64,000 nt of DNA, from contig OY760175.1 of NCBI GenBank assembly GCA_963663165.1, positions 5,408,001-5,472,000 on the forward strand. Reading direction: 5' to 3'. Made by a program: the position numbers and the translations under genes. Positions 9,770-20,074 of the stretch are shown piece by piece. Each line of letters opens with the position of its first letter. Within the stretch, counting starts at the first letter, position 1. The notes below the pieces were generated by a model that ran no database searches, had not been told where the DNA came from, and saw only the letters and a list, made by a program, of their open reading frames with translations. This DNA comes from an uncultured Desulfospira sp. (GTDB lineage Bacteria > Desulfobacterota > Desulfobacteria > Desulfobacterales > Desulfobacteraceae).

Positions 9770-11038
9770 TTAATTGCCGGGCAGCAGTTTCTGCACGTCC
9801 TGGGCCATTTCTTTTAAGATCTTTTCCGGATCATCCTGCTTGGTAACGACCCGCTGCATATGATCCTTGATCACATCCGTGATTTTCAGGCCGTTCTTGC
9901 CGGGAAACGCATACCACTGGGTCATGATGGGAAGCTGCCGGACGCTTGCCATGTAGTTTGGGTTTTCTTTATAGAAGTTTCCTAAAAGATCCGGATCTTT
10001 GGGGGGGATTTCGTTACCGGCCATGTATCCCGTACTTTTTACCATATAAGTGGAGCCTATTTTGCCTGTGGCGAATTTGATATATTCCCAGGCCGCTTTT
10101 TGTTTCTTTTTGTCCTTGGTGTGAATAACAGCCATATTTCCCCCGGCCGGTACCTTGCTGTTTAAACTGTCTTCGGGAAGGGGGAATGTGGTGGTCTTAA
10201 GTTCAAACTTGTCGCCGACCATACGGGTCACGGCGCCAAGTTGAGATGTTGAGGTAATGTGTAAACCAATAGTGCCTGCTGCAAAAGACTGCCTGGACTC
10301 AGGCCGCGTAATATTGGGCATAGTGGTTTTTGTTACCATGTCACTTAGCAGGTTGATTGCCTTGATGCCTGCCTGACCGTCAAAGGCAACCTTTTTTTCG
10401 TCCTCGGTCAGCATGGTCCCGCCATTGGAAAAAACAAGGGCCTGCCACAGCCAGTTGCCAGTGATACTCCAATCAAAGTACATGCCAAAAACCGTATCCC
10501 CTAAGTTGTCAATTTTCTTTGCAAGATCAATCACGCCGTCCCAGGTCTTGGGCAGGTTGTCCGGATCACCGCCGGCCTGTTTTATTAGGTCCGCATTGGC
10601 GTACATGATGGGGGTTGATACGGCAAAGGCAAGCCCGTATTGTTTGCCCTGATGCCGGCCAAGGGAAAGTATGCTCGGGCTGTAGCCCTGCTCCTTCCAA
10701 TCCGTTTCCGCTTCAATAAATCCATCTAACGGTACAATCAGGTCACGATCAACAAAGATGCGGACCCGGTTGTGCCCCTGATAAGATACATCCGGCATAC
10801 TTCCTGTAATGGCGCCGCGCAGAACAATTTGAACACATTCCTCATATGCCTTTGCCGGTGCCAGAAACTTAATTTCCACATCCGGATGGTTTGCCATAAA
10901 TTCATTGGCAATTTGATGGTGTACATCCTTGAATACAAATGCTTTTTCATGCAGGACGGAAAGTGTAATTTTTTCTGCTTCCACAGTGCCTGAAAAAAGT
11001 AAAACCGCAAGGCCGATGGCAATCAATAGTTTTTTCAT
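9770..11038 (-). CDS. ABC transporter substrate-binding protein (UgpB-like)
   Basis: Signal peptide MKKLLIAIGLAVLLFSGTVEA, STPIMYANADL, PKTWD, AAWEYIKF. Confidence 0.9.
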   Translation of the reverse strand: MKKLLIAIGLAVLLFSGTVEAEKITLSVLHEKAFVFKDVHHQIANEFMANHPDVEIKFLAPAKAYEECVQIVLRGAITGSMPDVSYQGHNRVRIFVDRDLIVPLDGFIEAETDWKEQGYSPSILSLGRHQGKQYGLAFAVSTPIMYANADLIKQAGGDPDNLPKTWDGVIDLAKKIDNLGDTVFGMYFDWSITGNWLWQALVFSNGGTMLTEDEKKVAFDGQAGIKAINLLSDMVTKTTMPNITRPESRQSFAAGTIGLHITSTSQLGAVTRMVGDKFELKTTTFPLPEDSLNSKVPAGGNMAVIHTKDKKKQKAAWEYIKFATGKIGSTYMVKSTGYMAGNEIPPKDPDLLGNFYKENPNYMASVRQLPIMTQWYAFPGKNGLKITDVIKDHMQRVVTKQDDPEKILKEMAQDVQKLLPGN

Positions 11039-11288
11039 GTTATCCCTTTCCAAAGGCGGCTATCCGTGTTCTTTCCAAGGAGGATGTCTCCCTCATTGCC
11101 GGAAAGCCTTTAATGATTAAGATAAATGGCTAAGACCCAATTAATAATGATATCCGCAAATAACGCATCCCTTATATAATCGGGAATGGTATATGTAAAA
11201 TTGATAGATTCGATCCAATAGGGGTAGCACATTTGTCATATCAATTGCTTTCGCCATGGTTTCAGGATTTTCAAGTTTCCTGTTTTTT

Positions 11289-13429
11289 TGACCAATCCTC
11301 TCTAATCGAGGCGGTGTTTCTGACAAAGGAGATTACCATGTCATCATTAATTTTCAATTCAGTCTCAATCCTCTCTAATCGAGGCGGTGTTTCTGACTGA
11401 ACGCACTCGCAGCCGCCCCCACCGTAGCAACAAGTCTCAATCCTCTCTAATCGAGGCGGTGTTTCTGACGGCCTTGGTAAATTATACGCAGACCGACAAG
11501 GGAGCCGTCTCAATCCTCTCTAATCGAGGCGGTGTTTCTGACTACATGGCCTTTGATCAGGATGGGATGGAAGATTATTGTCTCAATCCTCTCTAATCGA
11601 GGCGGTGTTTCTGACTGATGCTTCATTTCAAACCGACAAAGGCACGTTTGAGTCTCAATCCTCTCTAATCGAGGCGGTGTTTCTGACGACATAAACCATT
11701 TAGCTTCTGCGCAAGAATTGATTTTGTCTCAATCCTCTCTAATCGAGGCGGTGTTTCTGACGGAAGTATACAAAATATAGAAGAGCTTTGGAAATCGTTG
11801 TCTCAATCCTCTCTAATCGAGGCGGTGTTTCTGACCAAAAAAGTAGTTGAAAAATTTCCCCACATGACTAAGTCTCAATCCTCTCTAATCGAGGCGGTGT
11901 TTCTGACAAAAAATGGATGGAAAGAAGGAATTGCGTATGTGGGTCTCAATCCTCTCTAATCGAGGCGGTGTTTCTGACATGGACGAAACAGGAGGGTACG
12001 CGTTTGAAGGTGATTTGTCTCAATCCTCTCTAATCGAGGCGGTGTTTCTGACTGAGAAAAGTAGAATTTAAAAAAATGTACCAGAAGCGTCTCAATCCTC
12101 TCTAATCGAGGCGGTGTTTCTGACGTACCAGAAGCTGATGGAGCACATCGGCAAGAAGGTGGTCTCAATCCTCTCTAATCGAGGCGGTGTTTCTGACAAA
12201 AATTTAAGTAAGATTAACAAGCCCGGCCATTAATTTGGTCTCAATCCTCTCTAATCGAGGCGGTGTTTCTGACACAACTACAATTTCACCCATGATGAAC
12301 CTGAATCAGTCTCAATCCTCTCTAATCGAGGCGGTGTTTCTGACCGGCATCCGTCCTGGCGGCACTGGGGATTCTGCCCACGTCTCAATCCTCTCTAATC
12401 GAGGCGGTGTTTCTGACATCAGAAAACAAATCAACCGCAACTTATCTATCCAAGTCTCAATCCTCTCTAATCGAGGCGGTGTTTCTGACCGGGAACAGCT
12501 GTTAACTATCGAATTGGACGAATATGTCTCAATCCTCTCTAATCGAGGCGGTGTTTCTGACTGAAACTTTTTATCACAACCACCATCAGCCCTATGATGT
12601 CTCAATCCTCTCTAATCGAGGCGGTGTTTCTGACCTTGGCGTTCTGCAAGACCTGGAGCCCGAGGAAATTAGTCTCAATCCTCTCTAATCGAGGCGGTGT
12701 TTCTGACAAATTCAATTTTCAAGTACGTCCTTGGGGCCGTCAGTCTCAATCCTCTCTAATCGAGGCGGTGTTTCTGACTGAATTAAGATTTTTTTAAATA
12801 CATAACCATTTTGAGTCTCAATCCTCTCTAATCGAGGCGGTGTTTCTGACTTGAAATGTCAAAATTGTACATTACCACGACCATCAGTCTCAATCCTCTC
12901 TAATCGAGGCGGTGTTTCTGACACAGTTAAGAAAGAAATCTGTCCAGGAGTTAATGAAGTCTCAATCCTCTCTAATCGAGGCGGTGTTTCTGACTGTCCA
13001 GGAGTTAATGAAAATTGGCGAAAGTGGAATGTCTCAATCCTCTCTAATCGAGGCGGTGTTTCTGACCTTGACGGAGAGCTTTACAACCACGATATGAATT
13101 TGTCTCAATCCTCTCTAATCGAGGCGGTGTTTCTGACCTGGTGCGGAGAAGTTTGGAGATATTATCTTTATGAGTCTCAATCCTCTCTAATCGAGGCGGT
13201 GTTTCTGACTCGAATATTTAAAATAATCTCCTGTCAATTTCTCTCGTCTCAATCCTCTCTAATCGAGGCGGTGTTTCTGACTCTTTGTCTTTGGCTGGTG
13301 ACAAGGAATTAAGAGATAAAAGTCTCAATCCTCTCTAATCGAGGCGGTGTTTCTGACGTTCGATCTTGAAAGCGTCATAGCGGCAAATGCCGAGTCTCAA
13401 TCCTCTCTAATCGAGGCGGTGTTTCTGAC
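11289..13429 (-). CRISPR. CRISPR array 1: 30 repeats / 29 spacers
   Basis: Repeat on + is GTCTCAATCCTCTCTAATCGAGGCGGTGTTTCTGAC. Degenerate trailer copy at 11289 and leader on the right, so transcription is on - with an ATTGAGAC 3' end. Confidence 0.98.
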
Positions 13430-13660
13430 TCTGGGTATCTGGAACCTTTGTCCGGCAAGGGTTTCCAAGGCGGTTTTGCCGGACCACCCCTGTTTTTGGG
13501 CTTTGGAAAAAAAGTTCCCACTTAAATTTATGCCGTTTTTAATACAACGCATTGATTTCAAAAGCAATATAAAAATGCCGGACCTCCTTGGGGCTGCCAG
13601 GGTCTGGGGTTGCCCTGTGTTGCCCGGAAAAATAACAGGTTGTCAAAGACCATATGGGCT
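13430..13660 (-). promoter_or_regulatory. CRISPR leader 1 with an IHF-consensus site (13545-13557)
   Basis: Begins tctgggtatctggaac like leaders 2 and 4. AATCAATGCGTTG on - matches WATCAANNNNTTR. Confidence 0.8.
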
Positions 13661-14674
13661 CTAAAACGTCACCGGCTGATACCGGGCTTCTGTGCCTAAA
13701 AGATAGCCGGCAAAACAGCGGACCTGGGTCTGGATGGTGCCGCGAAAGGAGGCAGAACCCCGCATCAGCTCTTCATATGAGACAATAAAGGTCTTATAAA
13801 GGTGGGGCTTCATTTCAACGGGCCTGAGGGCGGCCATCTCCTTTTCATCTGCATAGGTTTTCATCGGGGTGTCCCGGTAATGGAAATCATCCGGCCGGAC
13901 CATTTTCCGATTCAGCAGGTTCAGCACAAACCGGTCGCCGATCAGGCACCGGTACTCCTCCACCAGATCACAGGCCAGGGAAGGCCGGCCATATGCAATT
14001 TCATGCAGGGTCCCCATATAGGGATCAAGCCCACAGCTTTTTATTGCGGATATCACCTCATTTGTCAACAGGGTATAAACAAAGGAAAGCAGGGCATTGA
14101 CCGGATCTTTGGGCGGCCGCCGGTTCCGGTTGGGAAAATGAAAATCCTTGTTCCGAATCAGCAGGTTAAATACGCTAAAGTAAATCCGGGAGCCCGCCCC
14201 TTCAAATCCCCGGACCGCTTCGGGGGTATCGGCCCGGTTCAGGCCGGCGGACAGCGACTTTAAACCGGCAGCCGCCGCCCCAATGCGCGGCTCTTTATAG
14301 TCCCGCCCCCGCCGGGCCAGGAACCAGGCCATGTTGGCCAGTTTTCCAGAGACAATGGCCTTCATCACCAAAAGCTTGAAGGCCGGTTCTTCAAGCCTTG
14401 TGTACTGGGCTTTGCGCAAGGCCACATGCTTGTGTTCATCAATCATAAGCCGGGCCCTGAACCGCCCGGCGGCCGTTAGGAATACGGTTTCCACCCGGTT
14501 TTGGATCAAAAAATCCATAACCGGTCCGCTCAGGGAGATGTTGCCGGTTAAAACCAGTTTATCCAGGCCCTTTGCCGGCAGGCTGTCCACCAGGTGCCCC
14601 TGCTTGACAATATCAAGGCTGGCGCCGTTCTTTTTAAGATACGCCCCCGGCTCAACCACGTACAGGGTTTCCAT
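13661..14674 (-). CDS. cas1: CRISPR-associated endonuclease Cas1
   Basis: RGFEGAGSRIYF, RNRRPPKDPVNALLSFVYTLL, GTLHE, SLACDLVEEYR. Confidence 0.97.
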   Translation of the reverse strand: METLYVVEPGAYLKKNGASLDIVKQGHLVDSLPAKGLDKLVLTGNISLSGPVMDFLIQNRVETVFLTAAGRFRARLMIDEHKHVALRKAQYTRLEEPAFKLLVMKAIVSGKLANMAWFLARRGRDYKEPRIGAAAAGLKSLSAGLNRADTPEAVRGFEGAGSRIYFSVFNLLIRNKDFHFPNRNRRPPKDPVNALLSFVYTLLTNEVISAIKSCGLDPYMGTLHEIAYGRPSLACDLVEEYRCLIGDRFVLNLLNRKMVRPDDFHYRDTPMKTYADEKEMAALRPVEMKPHLYKTFIVSYEELMRGSASFRGTIQTQVRCFAGYLLGTEARYQPVTF

Positions 14675-14690
14675 GCCGTAACCTCCGGTT

Positions 14691-16352
14691 CTATTTTAAA
14701 AATTTTTCCAGCTGGACTATGGCGGTTTTCATGTTTTCAACCGCATGGGCCAGGCTCTCTATTTTTTCACTTTTCACCATGGGGTCCGGGCCCACCCCGG
14801 CCCATGATTCAAGATGGACCAGGGGGTGCAGATACCCTGAGGCATCAGGCTCAATCCGGCAAAAGTCCCGGTCATAACCGGTCAGGGAGTGGATCCTGCG
14901 GCAGCCTAAAGGGGTGCCCCGGACCCGGCTGAGCTTATAATCCACCAGATGGGGATTGTAGTCCCGGGTGGTGGATAAAAGATAATGGAGCATGGCCTTG
15001 CCGCCGGGCAGAAATCCCAGGGTCTGGTATAAAATTTTCTCTTCACGCACCCCGATGCTGTGATGCTCCCGCAGCATGGCGGTCAAACGGCCAATGGCCG
15101 GGCACTTATGTTCCAGTTCAAACAGGTCGGGAAATTTTTTTTTCAAGGCCGTCATTTCAGGGTGCCAAATCAGTTTGGCGGCCTGGGCAGTCTGCATGTG
15201 GTCTGAAAGCCGGTCCGGATTAGACCGGGCAACCGTATTAATGAACTTAAGCTGGGCATCCACATCCTTTTGGGGGCAGTCCGGGAAAAAAGAGCGCCCG
15301 CCACTTTGCCGGTGAATGCCCAGGGGCAGCTTGACCAGGTTGCCCAGCCCTTTGCCGGACAAATGGTCCTGCTTGGGAAATACCTCCAGCTTAAAGCATG
15401 ACAGGTCCGGGGCCAGGCTGTCGCAGATCTCGGTCAGGGCCTGGCGGATCCGGCCGGCCGGAACCGGTGACGCCATGAAAAACCAGAAATGGTATCCTTT
15501 TCCCCCGCTGAACTCAATCACCGGGGACAGCCCCAGTTTTCCGGCAGCTTCGCTGATTCGCGCCGCCATGTAAGCCCGGTCTTTGCGGATCCGGCCCCTG
15601 GCCCGGGCAAGGTCCGGACCTCCGGCGCTGCGCAGTTCGGGAACCAGGTCGGCATCAATCACCGCACACTTGACCGTGGCATCTGTGTTCATCAGATAAA
15701 ACCCGTAGGTTTTGGTGCCTTTAAAATGGTCTTCCATATCCCCGCAGGTCACCGGCCGACGGACCGGGACATACCCGCAGGTGCCTTTTTGCCGGTCTGC
15801 CCACTGCCGGGCAAACACATCGGTCCGGGAGAAAAACAGATCCATAAACCCTGAGACCATTTGCTGCCGGGTATGCATTCGCTCAAAGGGCGCTGTACAG
15901 GCATCCAGGCCCGGGCCGGAGTTACTTTTTTCCGGACCGTTATAAACGCTGTGTACCCAGGACAGGGCCTTTTCTTTGCCCACATGGCCCTGGGCCCGGA
16001 GGAGAAGGGACGCCAGGGCCTTCTTTTGCCCCAAAATATCCAGGAGTTCGATCCAGGCCTGCCAGGCGCTTTCAAAGGCCGGATCTTTTGTGGTTAAATA
16101 TTTATAGATTTCCAGGGCCGGGTCCACGCATCCCGCGATCTGGGCAATCCTGGCCCACTGCATGGCCTGGTCAGGGGTCAGCCTTTGCCAAACCTCTGCC
16201 CTGCCAAGCACCTTTCGGCATTTGTCCGGGGCCTTATCTTCCAGAACTGCCTGTTCCAGCTGCCGCAACAAAAGCGTATAATCGGTGCGGCCCTGCCCGG
16301 GTGACCGGTTCCGGTCAGGGGCCGTTTGGGGGGCATGTAGCGATTGTTCCAT
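14691..16352 (-). CDS. CRISPR-associated primase-polymerase (CAPP): N-terminal TPR-like region, AEP core, Cys-containing C-terminal domain
   Basis: AEP motifs VIDAD, SGGKGYHFWF and GNLVKLPLG; adjacent to cas1. Confidence 0.88.
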   Translation of the reverse strand: MEQSLHAPQTAPDRNRSPGQGRTDYTLLLRQLEQAVLEDKAPDKCRKVLGRAEVWQRLTPDQAMQWARIAQIAGCVDPALEIYKYLTTKDPAFESAWQAWIELLDILGQKKALASLLLRAQGHVGKEKALSWVHSVYNGPEKSNSGPGLDACTAPFERMHTRQQMVSGFMDLFFSRTDVFARQWADRQKGTCGYVPVRRPVTCGDMEDHFKGTKTYGFYLMNTDATVKCAVIDADLVPELRSAGGPDLARARGRIRKDRAYMAARISEAAGKLGLSPVIEFSGGKGYHFWFFMASPVPAGRIRQALTEICDSLAPDLSCFKLEVFPKQDHLSGKGLGNLVKLPLGIHRQSGGRSFFPDCPQKDVDAQLKFINTVARSNPDRLSDHMQTAQAAKLIWHPEMTALKKKFPDLFELEHKCPAIGRLTAMLREHHSIGVREEKILYQTLGFLPGGKAMLHYLLSTTRDYNPHLVDYKLSRVRGTPLGCRRIHSLTGYDRDFCRIEPDASGYLHPLVHLESWAGVGPDPMVKSEKIESLAHAVENMKTAIVQLEKFLK

Positions 16353-16388
16353 GATATCTGCTTTCTTGTATTTGTGTGAACCGGGCCG

Positions 16389-17759
16389 TCAATGTCTGAC
16401 CATGGCCCGGAGCCGGTCTATTTTGGGATAATGGTACGCTGCGCAGGATTCCAGCTCGGTCAGCAGCTGATCCGCCTTTCGTGTATCCCCGGCTTTAAAT
16501 GTGCAAAGGCTTTGCCAGAAAAGGCCTTCCAGGAAAGGGTTGCCGAATGTGGTGCTGAAAAAATCACAGGCCCGGGCCGCATGGGCCGCAGCCGCATCAA
16601 AATGGTCCAGCCGGTATTCAATTTTGGTCAGGCGGATCAGGCCCACATGCCGGGAACGCGAATCCTTTTCCACCACCCGGGTTAATATCTGCCTGGCCTG
16701 ATCAAACCGGCCTGCGGTACACAGTACGTCGGCTTCAGTCCAGCGGTAGTAGGGCCGGCGAATTTTTTCAGGCACATGGCCAATGGTTTCAAGGGCTTTA
16801 TCCACCTGCCCCAGGGCCAGATAGGTCCGGGCCAAAAGTTCGTGGATAAAATCCGTGGGCCGCCCTTTGCCGCTGCTTTGAAGGGCAAACATCAGTGCGT
16901 TCCGGGCCTCATCAAACCGGTCCAGGGCAAAATGGACCTTGCCCAGGGCGAAATACTTGAATCCCAGGTTGATATGGTTGGTCTGCTCATCTATCTTCAG
17001 GCAGCCGGTGATCCGGTCCATGGCCTTTTTGCCGTTTCCCAGGGCCAAAGAGAGGCTGGCGCTGCGGTACAGGGATTTAATGTAATTCTTTTTTTCCTGG
17101 TGGCGTTCCTCCCGCTCCCGGTCGGTTAAGCCTTCCCAGTTTGAGCAGGCTTTGTCAAAACAGGAAAGCCCCGGTTTGGGCTTGTTTTCAATCTGGGAGA
17201 AAAGCATGCCCTCCCGGTAAAAGTTGGTCACCGTGTCCGGCCGCAGCTTCTGGGCCTTTTGAAAATATTCGTGGGCCAGGGAGATCCGTTCAGCCCGGGC
17301 TTTCCCGGCCAGAAACACCTGTTTGTTTTTGGCGGCCCACAGACTATTGTACGCGGTATATGCCAGGGATGCGCAGGCCATGAAGTGATCCGGTTCCGCC
17401 GCCACGCAGGTCTTAAGTTCCTTGAGGGCCTCGTCAAACCGGCCCGCCTGGCCCAGGGCAAAGGCCACCTTCAGCCGCACCGGGCCGTCCATCTTCCCGG
17501 ATACCAGATCCGGCACTTTTTCGTCTACCGGATGGTACAGGCTTAGCAGATCATCCCACCGGCAGCCCCTGGACAACTCGTCAATGTCGGAAAGGACCTG
17601 GTTTCTGTTTTTTTTCATGTACCGGCCCGCGGCCACCCCGAAAAGCTCCCGGTCCGAGAACAGCTCTTTTTGCCCGGGTTCCGGTACCACTGTTTCCGGA
17701 CCCGGTGTTGCCGTCCGGACAGATCCGATAATTCTTGCTGCTGCCTGAAGTTCTACCAT
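16389..17759 (-). CDS. Tetratricopeptide-repeat protein
   Basis: Repeated helical units (ALGQAGRFDEAL, ALGKVHFALDRFDEA, LARTYLALGQVDKAL). Confidence 0.85.
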   Translation of the reverse strand: MVELQAAARIIGSVRTATPGPETVVPEPGQKELFSDRELFGVAAGRYMKKNRNQVLSDIDELSRGCRWDDLLSLYHPVDEKVPDLVSGKMDGPVRLKVAFALGQAGRFDEALKELKTCVAAEPDHFMACASLAYTAYNSLWAAKNKQVFLAGKARAERISLAHEYFQKAQKLRPDTVTNFYREGMLFSQIENKPKPGLSCFDKACSNWEGLTDREREERHQEKKNYIKSLYRSASLSLALGNGKKAMDRITGCLKIDEQTNHINLGFKYFALGKVHFALDRFDEARNALMFALQSSGKGRPTDFIHELLARTYLALGQVDKALETIGHVPEKIRRPYYRWTEADVLCTAGRFDQARQILTRVVEKDSRSRHVGLIRLTKIEYRLDHFDAAAAHAARACDFFSTTFGNPFLEGLFWQSLCTFKAGDTRKADQLLTELESCAAYHYPKIDRLRAMVRH

Positions 17760-17819
17760 GATGGCCTCCTTTTACATCTAAACCATTTTGGGCTGGATAT
17801 TTGTTTGTCTGATATCCAT

Positions 17820-17849
17820 TACGGAGGCAGATTCATAAATTTTAAATTT
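17820..17849 (-). promoter_or_regulatory. Putative ECF-sigma promoter of the TPR-CAPP-cas1 operon
   Basis: aaatttaaaatttatgaatctgcctccgta on -, 61 nt before the ATG. Confidence 0.6.
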
Positions 17850-18076
17850 TTAGCTGTAAATTAAATAAGTATTGACTTTCCCCTTGGACTTCTCAAACTG
17901 ATTGATGAAGAGTGCCGCCGTATTGGCGTGGCAAGGCAGGCATGGATTAAAATGGCCTGTGATGAAAGAATTCGCCAGATTAAAAAAGGCTCGGCCGCAG
18001 CCTGAAAACGTCAGCGTGTCAAAGTCACAACAGGGTTCGGACCGCTGTGAAAATACCCTGAACGCCAGGCTTTATT

Positions 18077-19351
18077 TCATCTGAAATTCTTACCGTGGTC
18101 TTCAAATGAAAACGGATTAAGAAACTGGCGGCCCCAAAGCAGTTTTTTATCCACATCACTGAGCTGGGCTTCCTCACAGACCTCATCCCAATGGTCCCGG
18201 ATCACGGCTTCAATATGGGCGCACATGTCAAGGGCCTCTTTTTCCGCCAATAAGAAATGGTGGGCCGTCTCAATGCAATTTTTTAATTGGCTCAGGTTGT
18301 TGCTGCCATGAATTTTCATGGCCTGGGATGCCTCATTTCCGGCCCGGCCCTGGGGGCAGATGTCATATGCCGGTGTCAGTTCAAGCTGTTTGCCATCCCA
18401 GAACGCCGCATGGTTTCTGGCATGGTCATCGGTGTTGCCGCACAGGATATTGAACACCAACCGGCCAAACATCTCCTTGAGGGCCTTTTTAGGGGTTATA
18501 AACCGGTTTCGGATAATCTGGGCCAGATCCTGGTAGCTGGCGTACCTGGCCGTCATGTCGGTCAGCTCAAACAGGGTCAGCGCAGATACCATAAGCTTGC
18601 GTGTCCAGCCGGCCGCTGTTTTTATCCGGTCAAAGCGCTGGACCAGCAGCACATCTTTACCGGCCGCTTTAACCAGTTTCACGGGTGCCACATCAAGCCC
18701 GGCTGTCCCAGCCAGCCGCATGGCAATGAACTCTGCTTTAATCACGCTGTAAAGATCGGTATGGGAGGAAAATTTAGCAATATATTTAGTGCCGTGATCC
18801 TCTATCAATGCCTTTGGCCGGGCACCGCCGATGGAGGTGCCGTGAAACAGGGCCTGATCCAGTTCAGGACTTAACGGGGTGCCCTGCTCAACCCTTTGGG
18901 CCGATGCCAGTAACTCTTCCAGGCCGGCGTTGATCGCCGATCTTGGTACATACCGGGTTGGTGATGCCTGAAAATCCAGTGCGCCGATGCGATCCGACCC
19001 GGATTCCAATAAATAGGTGATCTCGCCCAGTTGCGTGGTGTCGGCGGTCACACCGTTGCGCCCCAGTTTCTTGTTGATGATCACACGGCGTCCCCAAGCG
19101 TCGGGCGCGGCATCTCTTATGCAGTTTGGCATATCCAGGCCGCCGATCAAGGGCAGTTTGCCGTGGATCAGGGGCAGCTCCGGTTCATAGATTGGAATCC
19201 CGGGTCTATCCGCGTTGGTGCGCTCAAGATAGCTTCTGCCGTAGTTGAATGTGATGACATGATCATCTGCTTCAAGTTTGCCTGCCACCACCGGATCAAC
19301 AGCGCCCGGCAGCCATATCCAGACAAATGCCTCATGGCCCTTAGAAGTCAT
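18077..19351 (-). CDS. hipA: HipA-family kinase toxin
   Basis: DAAPDAWGRRVI, SIGGARPKA, QRFDR, GNTDDHARNH, LTPAYD. Confidence 0.92.
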   Translation of the reverse strand: MTSKGHEAFVWIWLPGAVDPVVAGKLEADDHVITFNYGRSYLERTNADRPGIPIYEPELPLIHGKLPLIGGLDMPNCIRDAAPDAWGRRVIINKKLGRNGVTADTTQLGEITYLLESGSDRIGALDFQASPTRYVPRSAINAGLEELLASAQRVEQGTPLSPELDQALFHGTSIGGARPKALIEDHGTKYIAKFSSHTDLYSVIKAEFIAMRLAGTAGLDVAPVKLVKAAGKDVLLVQRFDRIKTAAGWTRKLMVSALTLFELTDMTARYASYQDLAQIIRNRFITPKKALKEMFGRLVFNILCGNTDDHARNHAAFWDGKQLELTPAYDICPQGRAGNEASQAMKIHGSNNLSQLKNCIETAHHFLLAEKEALDMCAHIEAVIRDHWDEVCEEAQLSDVDKKLLWGRQFLNPFSFEDHGKNFR

Positions 19352-19673
19352 CGTCCACCTTGTCTGATGTTGACCGGATACGCTTGGGCAAAAGACAGAT
19401 TTTATCATCCATATGTTTTAACCTTATGGGCAGGGCCACCCCATCCTGCTCAAACAAATTAAGACCGGCCAGGGCGGCCACCTCAAAGGCCAGCCCGATG
19501 GACGGGGTCATTTCGCCTGATTCGATTTTTTGAAGGGTTGCCCTTGAGATCCCGGCACGTTCAGCCAAATTTTGTTCAGACCATCCCCGCTGCTTTCGGA
19601 ACAGTTTAATCTGTTTTCCAAGCAATAGGACCGCTTCTTTTGCGGTTGTGGAATATGTCCGTTTTCGTTTCAT
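19341..19673 (-). CDS. XRE-family HTH antitoxin/regulator (HipB-like)
   Basis: RKQRGWSEQNLAERAGISRATLQKIESG; overlaps the hipA start. Confidence 0.9.
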   Translation of the reverse strand: MKRKRTYSTTAKEAVLLLGKQIKLFRKQRGWSEQNLAERAGISRATLQKIESGEMTPSIGLAFEVAALAGLNLFEQDGVALPIRLKHMDDKICLLPKRIRSTSDKVDDDF

Positions 19674-19711
19674 GGTGACTAATATAATTAATTTTAAGAC
19701 ATTCAATGGCT

Positions 19712-19740
19712 ATTATATTGATCATATTCTGGTTTGTCAA
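19712..19740 (-). promoter_or_regulatory. Perfect sigma70 consensus promoter of the XRE-hipA operon
   Basis: TTGACA-17 nt-TATAAT on the - strand. Confidence 0.85.
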
Positions 19741-19876
19741 ACGATATGCTTTGAAAAATTGAGGATCGGGGTCAGGTAATGTAATGGAGGCCGGAAACCG
19801 GAAGAAGGGAGACCGGATGCGCCCTCCAAGGGAACCCGGCATCCGGCATCTATCGCTCCATTTTGGGTCAATGCAA

Positions 19877-19929
19877 GGTAGGAGCGGGCCATGCCCGCGA
19901 TCAAATCGCGGGCATGGCCCGCTCCTACC
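19877..19929. repeat. REP-doublet-like perfect 25-bp inverted repeat
   Basis: GGTAGGAGCGGGCCATGCCCGCGAT-caa-ATCGCGGGCATGGCCCGCTCCTACC, with GTAG ends. Confidence 0.85.
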
Positions 19930-20074
19930 CTACCGCTCAAACCAGGGAACCTGACGGTTTCGGTCTCCCGTCTCCCTTCCTTCCGGTCTCCATTCTTTAT
20001 TGTCCTTATCATCAAAAGGGATACCACCTGTGTGCAAGTTACATGCATTCACCCTGTTGTCCACATGCGAAAAT

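Noticed and set aside
11141..13664. ORFs containing SETPPRLERIET / VSILSNRGGVSD (also in arrays 2-4)
   Set aside because: They are translations of CRISPR repeats, not genes.
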